Source of the DNA: Burkholderiales bacterium
GTDB taxonomy: Bacteria > Pseudomonadota > Gammaproteobacteria > Burkholderiales > Gallionellaceae
Reading direction: 5' to 3'
DNA: 64,000 nt
Assembly (NCBI GenBank): GCA_038327315.1
Contig: JBBQKX010000002.1
Location: forward strand, 423 to 64,422
Shown: in pieces, positions 51,424-60,261 of the stretch
Layout: each line of letters starts with the position of its first letter
How positions within the stretch are numbered: position 1 is the first letter of the stretch
Translations under genes and position numbers: made by a program
Notes under the pieces: model-generated
The model's database searches: none
Seen by the model: only the letters and a program-made list of their open reading frames with translations
Told to the model about the DNA's origin: nothing

Positions 51424-51849
51424 ATGAAGATATTGATACCAGTGGACGGCTCTGACAGCGCGAACCATGTAATTAAATATGTGTTGAATAGTAGCGTATG
51501 GCTACAGCAGCCACCGCAGATATATTTACTCAACGTGCAATGGAAAGTGGCGACAGGCAACGTAAAGTTGTTCATCAACAAGGATACGATCAACGATTAT
51601 TACCGCGAGCAGGGTTTGGCGGAGTTGGCAGGCGCCAAAGCGCTTTTAGATGCGGCTGGTGCAGCCTATGAGTATCACATTAGCATTGGTACGCCAGCGG
51701 AAGCCATCGTGAAATACGCACGGGAACATGAGATAGATCAGATTGCCATGAGTAAGCAGGGGCAGGGCGGCTTGCAATCTTGGTTGCTAGGTTCGGTGGT
51801 TAGTAAGGTATTGCACATAGCCGAGTGTCCTGTTTTGGTGCTTAAGTGA
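51424..51849 (+). CDS. Universal stress protein
   Basis: KILIPVDGS...LLGSVVSKVL...PVLVLK. Confidence 0.92.
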   Translation: MKILIPVDGSDSANHVIKYVLNSSVWLQQPPQIYLLNVQWKVATGNVKLFINKDTINDYYREQGLAELAGAKALLDAAGAAYEYHISIGTPAEAIVKYAREHEIDQIAMSKQGQGGLQSWLLGSVVSKVLHIAECPVLVLK

Positions 51850-51963
51850 TCAATTTCTTACGCCGAATTACCTAGATAGTTATCGTTGAATCAATGGCTT
51901 TGTGGTGTGTTTTTATGAAATACATTAGTATGGCTTACACTAAGCACGATCATTAGGCGGGGA

Positions 51964-54486
51964 GTGGAGATGAAAAACTGGTCGTTCTTGAAGCAAGATT
52001 GGTTTGTCGGGATATTGGTTTCGCTCGCATTGCTGCTCGCGATGAATACCGACCTGATGCAAAGTTTAGAGCGCAAAGCTTATGACTTGGGGGTGAAAGC
52101 CACTAATCGCATTCCTAGTGACAAGATCGCAGTGATCGCCATCGATGATCAGAGTATCGCGAATCTAGGGCGTTGGCCATGGCCGCGTGAGATCCACGCC
52201 AAGATGATAGATGTGTTGAGTGCAGGACATGCCAAAGTCATCGCTTATACGGTGTTCTTCTTCGAGCCGCAGGTAGATGCAGGCTTGAGCTATATATATA
52301 AGATCGCTGATCTGGTGGCCAACTCTTCCGTACAGCAAAGTCCAGATGCGCCCGCATTAAATGAATTATTACTGGATGCTGTAAAAAATCTAAATAACGA
52401 TCAGAAGCTCAGTGACAGCATGGCTAGAGCGAACGACGTGTTGCTGGGCACCTATTTTGATCTGGGTGAGCCTCAAGGTAAGCCTGATCAAGCTCTACCC
52501 GAATATGTGGCGCGCCAAGATTTGCCTAATGTACAAATGGGTACAGCTGCCCCTGCTTTGCCTTTACCTGCTCGTAGTGTGTTAGCTCCTATCCCGTTGT
52601 TGGGAGAGCATGCGGTATCTATGGGGCACTTGAATAGCATTCCCGATGTAGATGGTGCGGTACGTACCGAGCCGCTGGTAATCAGCTATTACGATCAGTA
52701 CTTCCCATCACTATCCCTGATGATTGCTGCCAAGAGCTTGAATTTAGAGAACAAAGATATTGCGGTGAATTTGGGTGAAAGTGTCTTACTTGGTAAACAG
52801 AAGGTTGCAACCGATGCGGCGATGCAGATGCATAGCTTTTTTTATAAAGATAACGACGGTCGACCTGCTTTCCCCGTGGATTCCTTCTACGATGTCTACA
52901 GCGGCAAGATACCTGCCGACAAATATCGCGATAAGATTGTCCTGATAGGTGCTTCAGCAGCTGGGGTGGGTTCCATGCAGGTGACCCCGATCTCGCCTGC
53001 GATGGCACCTGTTTTGATCTTGGCGCACTCGGTCTCAAGCATCTTGCAGGGCGATTATTTCGTCACACCACCGTGGGCCTCGCTGGCCGAGTTGGTGGTA
53101 TATGGGGTGATTGCGTTGTATTTGATACTCTTACTGCCTAGGTTGGGTGCTGGCATTGGTGCCTTGGTGACTGCCACCTTGTTCGCGGCACTACTGGCCT
53201 CGCATTTTTTCCTGATGACCAAGCAGGCGATGTGGCTACAACTGATGTTACCCGCGACCTTGTTGCTGGTGGGGCATTTGTTATTAACGACTAAACGCTA
53301 TTTGCTTACTGAAAAAGGCAAGCAAAAATCCGATGCCGAGTCTGCAGAAAGTAATCGTATGTTGGGATTGGCATTCCAGGGGCAGGGCCAGCTGGATATG
53401 GCATTCGATAAATTCCGCAAAGTGCCTTTGGATGCCAGTTTGATGGAGGTGCTCTATAACCTAGGCCTAGATTACGAACGTAAGCGTCAATTCAATAAAG
53501 CAGAGTCGGTATTTAAATACATGGCTGAGTTCAATTCTAAGTTCCGCGATTTGTCACAACGTTTGAATCAAGCCCACGAGATGGCTGAGACCGTCATTCT
53601 GGGCGGCGGATCTACGCGCGGCAATGCTAGTACCTTGGTGTTGGGTAGGTCGGGTGTGTCCAAGCCCATGTTAGGTCGCTATGAGATAGAGAGGGAGTTG
53701 GGCAAGGGTGCGATGGGGGTGGTTTATTACGGTAAAGACCCGAAGATTGGACGTGTGGTAGCAATAAAGACTGTCGCATTGTCGCAAGAATTTGAGGCCG
53801 ATGAATTGGCTGATGTCAAAGAGCGATTCTTCCGTGAGGCTGAAACTGCTGGACGACTCAATCATCCAAATATCGTCGCAATCTACGACGCCGGTGATGA
53901 GCATGATTTGGCATACATCGCGATGGAATTCCTCAAGGGAAAGGATCTGGTGCCTTATACCAAGCCTGATAATTTGCTCCCTCTAAAGACTGTGATGAGC
54001 ATCATCATTAGAGTTGCTGATGCACTGGATTATGCGCACAAGCAAAACGTGGTACACCGCGACATCAAACCCGCGAACATTATGTATGACCCAGACAGTG
54101 ATACGCCCAAAGTGACGGACTTCGGTATTGCACGTATTACAGATTCAAGCAAAACTAAAACTGGGATGGTGTTGGGTACGCCGTCGTTCATGTCGCCAGA
54201 GCAGCTCGCAGGTAAAAAGATACAAGGGAGTTCGGATCTGTTCTCATTGGGCGTGAGCTTGTATCAATTGGCTTGTGGTAAGCTCCCGTTCGAAGGTGAC
54301 TCCATGGCGCAACTGATGTTCCATATCGCCAATGATCCACCAACAAATATATTGAGTGTAAATCCAAATTTACCGATTTGCTTGGCAACCATAATTGAGA
54401 AGATGTTGGAAAAGAAGATAGAAGATCGTTTTGCGAGCGGTGCTGAGGTGGCGGAAGCTTTGAGATCATGTGCAGCAAGCATATAG
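51964..54486 (+). CDS. CHASE2-domain membrane Hanks-type Ser/Thr kinase with TPR-like linker
   Basis: CHASE2 (IDDQSI..LGRWPWPR, DVDGAVR, KIVLIG), 3 TMs, GKGAMG, VAIK, HRDIKPAN, DFG, GTPSFMSPE. Confidence 0.94.
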   Translation: MEMKNWSFLKQDWFVGILVSLALLLAMNTDLMQSLERKAYDLGVKATNRIPSDKIAVIAIDDQSIANLGRWPWPREIHAKMIDVLSAGHAKVIAYTVFFFEPQVDAGLSYIYKIADLVANSSVQQSPDAPALNELLLDAVKNLNNDQKLSDSMARANDVLLGTYFDLGEPQGKPDQALPEYVARQDLPNVQMGTAAPALPLPARSVLAPIPLLGEHAVSMGHLNSIPDVDGAVRTEPLVISYYDQYFPSLSLMIAAKSLNLENKDIAVNLGESVLLGKQKVATDAAMQMHSFFYKDNDGRPAFPVDSFYDVYSGKIPADKYRDKIVLIGASAAGVGSMQVTPISPAMAPVLILAHSVSSILQGDYFVTPPWASLAELVVYGVIALYLILLLPRLGAGIGALVTATLFAALLASHFFLMTKQAMWLQLMLPATLLLVGHLLLTTKRYLLTEKGKQKSDAESAESNRMLGLAFQGQGQLDMAFDKFRKVPLDASLMEVLYNLGLDYERKRQFNKAESVFKYMAEFNSKFRDLSQRLNQAHEMAETVILGGGSTRGNASTLVLGRSGVSKPMLGRYEIERELGKGAMGVVYYGKDPKIGRVVAIKTVALSQEFEADELADVKERFFREAETAGRLNHPNIVAIYDAGDEHDLAYIAMEFLKGKDLVPYTKPDNLLPLKTVMSIIIRVADALDYAHKQNVVHRDIKPANIMYDPDSDTPKVTDFGIARITDSSKTKTGMVLGTPSFMSPEQLAGKKIQGSSDLFSLGVSLYQLACGKLPFEGDSMAQLMFHIANDPPTNILSVNPNLPICLATIIEKMLEKKIEDRFASGAEVAEALRSCAASI

Positions 54487-54496
54487 GATAAAAACG

Positions 54497-55324
54497 ATGA
54501 AGATTGCAGAGGCGTTGCAGATCGTTAGTTTGACCCATCCAGGGATGGTGCGTACACATAACGAAGATAGCGTGAGCGTAGAAGCCGCGTGTGGACTGGC
54601 CGTTCTGGCGGATGGTATGGGTGGCTATAATGCTGGCGAAGTGGCGAGCGGTATTGCGGTCTCGGTTACGGCAAGTGAGATCGCACAGCGTTTGCAACAT
54701 GCTAACCCCACAGATATTGATACGGAAAGCTATGAAGAGTTAGCGGTAACTTTGTTGAGGAATAATATTTGCAAAGCGAATACTTCTATCTACCAAGCTT
54801 CGCAGAGTCAGCCCCAGTATGCAGGAATGGGTACGACCATAGTCGCGGGCCTATTCTATGACAACCGTGTTGCAGTAGCGCATGTGGGCGATTCGCGCAT
54901 GTATCGGCTGCGCGGAGAAACGCTGAGCACTATGACTAGGGATCACTCTTTATTGCAGGAGCAGATCGACAGTGGACTGATCAGTCTTGAAGATGCGCGG
55001 TACTCCAAGAATAAAAATCTTGTGACGCGTGCAGTAGGTATAGATGAAAAAGTTTTACCCGATGTACATGTCTATGATGTTCAACTTGGGGATATTTATC
55101 TGCTGTGCTCGGATGGGCTAAACGATATGGTGGAGGATGCTGATATCGAATCCGCACTGTTCGCGATGCAGGGGAATCTACCCTTAGCTGCAGAGCAGTT
55201 GATACAGATGGCGAATGACAATGGCGGACGTGATAACGTTTCCGTCATGCTGGTAAAGATACTTGAGGATTATGCTGTGCCACGCAGCTTGTCATCAAGG
55301 ATTATGAATTGGTTTAAAAAATAA
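54497..55324 (+). CDS. PP2C/Stp1-type Ser/Thr phosphatase
   Basis: R.HNED, LADGMGG, MGTT, HVGDSR, LCSDGL, GGRDN. Confidence 0.95.
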   Translation: MKIAEALQIVSLTHPGMVRTHNEDSVSVEAACGLAVLADGMGGYNAGEVASGIAVSVTASEIAQRLQHANPTDIDTESYEELAVTLLRNNICKANTSIYQASQSQPQYAGMGTTIVAGLFYDNRVAVAHVGDSRMYRLRGETLSTMTRDHSLLQEQIDSGLISLEDARYSKNKNLVTRAVGIDEKVLPDVHVYDVQLGDIYLLCSDGLNDMVEDADIESALFAMQGNLPLAAEQLIQMANDNGGRDNVSVMLVKILEDYAVPRSLSSRIMNWFKK

Positions 55325-55343
55325 CTGTGTAAGAGGTAATGCT

Positions 55344-56093
55344 ATGGCCGCAAAAGTGATATTGAGCATGGATGGGATACAAATAAAAGAAATCCCGTTA
55401 AGCAAAGAGCGTATGACCATCGGGCGTAAGTCCAGCAACGATATCGTGATCGATAACCTGGCGGTGAGTGGTGAGCATGCTGCCATCATCACCATATTGA
55501 ATGACTCGTTCCTTGAAGATTTGAATAGCACCAACGGTCTGGTAGTAAACGGCGTAGCGACCAAGAAGCATTTCTTGCAGAACAATGATTTAATCGAGAT
55601 CGGTAAACACTCGTTGAAATATGTGAATGATCAAGTGAGCAAGACTAGTGCTGCCGAGTTCGAGAAGACGATGGTGATGCGAGGCCCTGTCAAGATCGTA
55701 GCGGCAGCACCTGTGGAGATTGCTGAACCTACAGCTGGATTCACTCAGACTCAAATTCTAGCGAATAAGACACCGGCAGCGGTGGCAGCGGATAAGACCG
55801 ATAAGATAGATGGCCCTCTACCGACCAGTCAGATTGCTGTTGTGCAGATACTGTCTGGGCCTAACGCTGGTAAAGAGCTTGAATTGGTGAAGAATCTGAC
55901 CACCTTGGGTAAGCCTGGTGTGCAGGTTGCAGTATTGGCCAAACGCCCCCATGGTTATTTCATCACGCATGTAGAGGGTACTAGCTTCCCTGCTGTAAAT
56001 GGCAAGGACTTGAATGAGCAGCCGCATCAACTTAATGATCATGATTTGATAGATTTGGCGGGTGTGAAGATGGAGTTCTACTTCAAGAGTTAG
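55344..56093 (+). CDS. FHA-domain protein (canonical N-terminal FHA, degenerate C-terminal FHA-like domain)
   Basis: IGR...VSGEHA...DLNSTNG; second domain TTLGK...VNG...LNDHDLI. Confidence 0.9.
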   Translation: MAAKVILSMDGIQIKEIPLSKERMTIGRKSSNDIVIDNLAVSGEHAAIITILNDSFLEDLNSTNGLVVNGVATKKHFLQNNDLIEIGKHSLKYVNDQVSKTSAAEFEKTMVMRGPVKIVAAAPVEIAEPTAGFTQTQILANKTPAAVAADKTDKIDGPLPTSQIAVVQILSGPNAGKELELVKNLTTLGKPGVQVAVLAKRPHGYFITHVEGTSFPAVNGKDLNEQPHQLNDHDLIDLAGVKMEFYFKS

Positions 56094-56159
56094 GATAGAT
56101 GATTTGAACTCCTTATACCGACCTCTCATCTGGTTTCGGACGTTCTCTAAGGGGTCCGC

Positions 56160-58382
56160 TTGAAAAAAAATGCAATACTCATTGCGCTTGGTTTAATGCT
56201 GGTATTGCTTTTCGTAGGCAATGCAGCCAATTTTTATCGTTTGAGTTTTGTTGACCGACTTTCAGCCATCGTATACGACTATCGTTTGCGCATCAGTATG
56301 CCGCGAACGGTTGATGATCGTATTGTCATCCTCGACATAGACGAAAAAAGCCTCAAGGAGGAAGGGCGTTGGCCTTGGAGTCGCAATCACTTAGCAACGC
56401 TGATGGATCAATTGTTCGATCGATACCAGGTTGATGTGGTGGGCTTTGACGTGGTGTTTGCCGAACGTGACAATAGTTCGGGTCTAGATGTGCTGCAAAA
56501 ACTTGGGCAAGATCAACTCAAGTCGGATAAAGCGTTCCAATCAGCTCTGGAGCAGATCGCACCGCAACTTGAGTATGACCAACTTTTCGCTGAAAAAATC
56601 AAAGGCCGCAAGGTCGTCTTAGGTTATTACCTAACAAATCAGAAGAGCCAAAGTGAATCAGGCATGTTGCCACCGCCCGCATTTCCCGCTGGTGCATTCA
56701 AGGGCAGCCTAGTGGCTTTCACCACTTGGAATGGCTATGGTGCAAACCTGCCAGAACTACAGTCGGCGGCCTACAGTGGTGGCCACTTCAATCCATTGGT
56801 CGATAGTGATGGTGTGGTGAGGCGCGTGCCAATGTTGGTCGAATGCAAAGGTGGTTACTACCCATCGTTGTCCTTGGCGATGGTACAGGCAGTGTTGGGT
56901 CAGCCTAAAATAGTTATGGGTATGGCTGAGGGTAAAAATAGCGGATACGCTGGTTTGGAGTGGTTGGAGTTGTTTGCAGGTGATCGAACTTACAAGATAC
57001 CTGTTGATCAGGATGTTGCGAGTTTCATTCCCTACCGTGGTCGTCAAGGAAGTTTCCGTTATATATCTATCTCAGATGTGTTGCACGGGCGCGTCGATGC
57101 GGAAATGCTCAGGGGTAAGATTATCTTGGTAGGTACAACCGCTCCTGGATTATTGGATATGCGTTCCACACCAGTCTCCGAGGTATATCCGGGGGTGGAA
57201 GTACACGCCAATATGATTGCAGGCATTCTGGACCAAAATTTGAAGCAGCAACCTGCATACATGTTAGGGGCAGAGGTGTTGTGGTTGCTGCTAATCGGCA
57301 TTACATTGAGCGTGGTTCTACCTTTGCTTACCCCGATGCGCGCCATACTGGCATCGGTATTTGTGTTCGCATTGAGCCAAGCGTTGACATTAGGTATCTG
57401 GCAATACGCTGACTTGGTCATGCCAATTGCAAATAGTTTGGTGATGGTCGCGCTGTTATTCGCCTTGAATATGTCTTACGGCTATTTTGTCGAATCGCGC
57501 ACCAAGCGACAGATCACGAATCTGTTCGGTCAGTATGTACCCAGCGAATTGGTCGACGAAATGAGCAAGCATCCTGATAGTGTCTCCATGGTGGGCGAGA
57601 GCCGTGAGATGACAGTGTTGTTTTCGGATGTGCGCGGATTCACGACGATCTCTGAAGGCCTAGATCCGAAAGAGCTCTCTCTGCTGATGAATGAATTCCT
57701 CACGCCTTTGTCGCGCGTCGTTTACAAACACAGAGGAACGATAGATAAGTATATGGGTGATTGCATCATGGCATTCTGGGGAGCTCCGCTGCCGGATGTG
57801 AATCATGCAAAGAATGCGATTATTGCAGGTATAGAGATGCAGTTAACACTAAAGAAACTGCAAGTACACTTCAAGGAGCGCGGTTGGCCTCCGATCAAGA
57901 TTGGGGTGGGCATCAACACAGGTAGGGTCAGTGTAGGAAATATGGGTTCAGAAGTACGTGTTGCGTATACGGTGATGGGAGATGAGGTCAATCTGGCATC
58001 GCGTCTGGAAGGCATAACCAAACAATACGGCGTCGGCATTGTCGTGGGTGAGAATACGCGCAATACGGTGAGCGATTTTGTGTATCGCGAACTTGACCAT
58101 GTGCGGGTAAAAGGTAAAGATAAGCCCATTGCAATTTATGAGCCTTTGGGTTTGCAATCTGAGGTTGATAAGTCGACTCTAGAAGAGTTAAAACTGTTCC
58201 ACGAGATGCGTAGACTCTATCTCAAACAGAATTGGGAGCAAGCAGAACTTCAACTGATGAATTTGCAGCGCATTTCACCTGAAACTGAACTTTATGGAAT
58301 CTATATGGAACGCATAGCTCACTTTAGGAAGAGCCCTCCACCAAGCGATTGGGATGGCGTCTACGTGTTTCAGACCAAATAA
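56160..58382 (+). CDS. CHASE2-domain class III adenylate cyclase
   Basis: CHASE2 plus 3 TMs; FSDVRGFT, DKYMGD, YTVMGDEVNLASRLE (Lys/Thr adenine specifiers). Confidence 0.94.
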   Translation: MKKNAILIALGLMLVLLFVGNAANFYRLSFVDRLSAIVYDYRLRISMPRTVDDRIVILDIDEKSLKEEGRWPWSRNHLATLMDQLFDRYQVDVVGFDVVFAERDNSSGLDVLQKLGQDQLKSDKAFQSALEQIAPQLEYDQLFAEKIKGRKVVLGYYLTNQKSQSESGMLPPPAFPAGAFKGSLVAFTTWNGYGANLPELQSAAYSGGHFNPLVDSDGVVRRVPMLVECKGGYYPSLSLAMVQAVLGQPKIVMGMAEGKNSGYAGLEWLELFAGDRTYKIPVDQDVASFIPYRGRQGSFRYISISDVLHGRVDAEMLRGKIILVGTTAPGLLDMRSTPVSEVYPGVEVHANMIAGILDQNLKQQPAYMLGAEVLWLLLIGITLSVVLPLLTPMRAILASVFVFALSQALTLGIWQYADLVMPIANSLVMVALLFALNMSYGYFVESRTKRQITNLFGQYVPSELVDEMSKHPDSVSMVGESREMTVLFSDVRGFTTISEGLDPKELSLLMNEFLTPLSRVVYKHRGTIDKYMGDCIMAFWGAPLPDVNHAKNAIIAGIEMQLTLKKLQVHFKERGWPPIKIGVGINTGRVSVGNMGSEVRVAYTVMGDEVNLASRLEGITKQYGVGIVVGENTRNTVSDFVYRELDHVRVKGKDKPIAIYEPLGLQSEVDKSTLEELKLFHEMRRLYLKQNWEQAELQLMNLQRISPETELYGIYMERIAHFRKSPPPSDWDGVYVFQTK

Positions 58383-58397
58383 CCGGGAATATTGATA

Positions 58398-59162
58398 ATG
58401 AAACTCAGAGTTTTGGGATGCAGTGGAGGAATAGGTGGCAATCTGCACACCACTTCGTTCTTGCTCGATCATGATGTACTGATTGATGCAGGTACCGGAT
58501 TGAACGAGCTCAGCTTGACTGAACTGAGTGTGATAGACCATATTTTCGTGACTCATTCTCACCTTGATCACATCGCCTGTATCCCTTTGCTGTTAGATAG
58601 CGTTGGTTTTATGCGTGAGCGTCCTATCACGATATATGCGACTGCCGAAACGCTAGATATTCTTAAGCAACATATTTTCAATTGGAAAATTTGGCCGGAT
58701 TTTAGCGAGATTCCCAATATGCAAAACCCCATCATGCGCTATCAGACGATAGAGCTGGGCGAGGAAATTGTATTGCAGGGCCGTAAAATCACCGCGATAC
58801 CTGCGAACCATGTTGTCCCTGCTGTTGGCTATCATTTGGATAGCGGTGTCGCAAGTCTGCTGTTCAGTGGAGACACAACAACCAACGATGCACTGTGGGA
58901 CATCGCCAACAAGATTAAGAATCTGCGACACATCATTATTGAGACTGCATTCTCGAACAGTGAAATAGGGATGGCAATTCTGTCTAAGCATCTGTGCCCG
59001 AGCTTACTGGCTGAGGAGTTGGAGAAGTTCCAAGGTGATGCACAGATTTACATCACACATCTTAAACCAGGTGAAGTTGAGTTGATTATGCGTGAGATCG
59101 ATCAGACCGCACATAGATTGCGCCCAAAAATGTTGCTAAATAATCAGACATTTACTTTCTAG
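58398..59162 (+). CDS. Metallo-beta-lactamase-fold (class II-like) 3',5'-cyclic nucleotide phosphodiesterase
   Basis: VLGCSGG, THSHLDH, FNWKIWPDF, SGDT, HL.P, THLKP. Confidence 0.85.
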   Translation: MKLRVLGCSGGIGGNLHTTSFLLDHDVLIDAGTGLNELSLTELSVIDHIFVTHSHLDHIACIPLLLDSVGFMRERPITIYATAETLDILKQHIFNWKIWPDFSEIPNMQNPIMRYQTIELGEEIVLQGRKITAIPANHVVPAVGYHLDSGVASLLFSGDTTTNDALWDIANKIKNLRHIIIETAFSNSEIGMAILSKHLCPSLLAEELEKFQGDAQIYITHLKPGEVELIMREIDQTAHRLRPKMLLNNQTFTF

Positions 59163-59172
59163 AGATACGAAG

Positions 59173-60240
59173 ATGAGCTATGCGCTGGACATCAGAGTAT
59201 TAGCAAATTTGGAACCCATCGCTGCATTTAGTGCCGCCCGTCTGCGCGAGTTGTTGGATTATTGTCATACAGAGAATATCGCCAAGGGAACGGATCCATT
59301 CAAGCGCCACGGACTGAGTGGTCAGTCTGTGTACCTAGTGCGGGGTGAGATTGAACTGATTTATCAGGATGGCAATCGTGTAGTTGTCAGCGCGCAATCC
59401 GAATGGGCTAAACATCCTTTGGGTAAGCGTCAACCGAATATTGTTAGTGCAATGGCACGGGAAGATAGCCAGTTGCTGCGTATTGAGGATGAGTTGCTGG
59501 ATCGAATGGTGACATGGGATCAACTTTCTGGCCATGATATATCGAGTCCAGAAAAACAGGCGGTGAGTGAAAGCAAGAAACATTTACTGAATTCTGGGAT
59601 GTTTAGCGCCGAAAGTTTGCGCAATGGACCTTTGGCTCACTTGCCTACAGCTAACATTGGGCAATTACTCAATCGTATCGAGACGATTGCGGTATGGGCA
59701 GACGAAGTCATCATCCGGGAGGGTGAAGAGGGAGACTATTACTATCTGATCGACACAGGACGCGCGCAAGTTACAAGACTGGTTGGCGGTGTGAATATTG
59801 TGTTGGCTGATCTTAAAGCAGGTGATGTGTTTGGTGAAGAGGCGTTAGTCTCAGATGCAAAACGCAATGCGACGATCACGATGATGACAAATGGCGTGTT
59901 GCTGCGCCTAGGTCGTCAGGACTTTTTAAATCTACTACAGGAGCCTTTGCTGCATAAGGTGAATTTTACCGATGCAAAAACAAACGTCGAGCATGGCGCT
60001 GTCTGGTTAGATGTCAGGCACCCACCTGAATACCGTTATGACAGATTGCCTGGCGCAATCAATGTGCCTTTGAGTGATATACGCAGCGCAATCGGTGTTT
60101 TGGATAAAGATAAGAAGTACATAGCCTATTGCCAGAGCGGTCGTCGTAGTGCAGCAGCAGCATTTATTTTGGCGCAGGCAGGATACGATGTTGAAGTATT
60201 GGATGGTGGATTGTGGTCTGAGTCTGCAGTAACGCAATAA
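59173..60240 (+). CDS. Tandem cNMP-binding domains fused to rhodanese
   Basis: IIREGEEGDYYY, FGEEAL...RNAT phosphate-binding cassette; LDVR..EY..LPGAINVP, YCQSGRRS. Confidence 0.88.
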   Translation: MSYALDIRVLANLEPIAAFSAARLRELLDYCHTENIAKGTDPFKRHGLSGQSVYLVRGEIELIYQDGNRVVVSAQSEWAKHPLGKRQPNIVSAMAREDSQLLRIEDELLDRMVTWDQLSGHDISSPEKQAVSESKKHLLNSGMFSAESLRNGPLAHLPTANIGQLLNRIETIAVWADEVIIREGEEGDYYYLIDTGRAQVTRLVGGVNIVLADLKAGDVFGEEALVSDAKRNATITMMTNGVLLRLGRQDFLNLLQEPLLHKVNFTDAKTNVEHGAVWLDVRHPPEYRYDRLPGAINVPLSDIRSAIGVLDKDKKYIAYCQSGRRSAAAAFILAQAGYDVEVLDGGLWSESAVTQ

Positions 60241-60261
60241 CAAATTAGTAAGGGACGGGTA

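Noticed and set aside
51964-56093. T6SS regulatory module (PpkA/PppA/Fha)
   Set aside because: No T6SS structural genes in the window; CHASE2 architecture and neighbours point elsewhere
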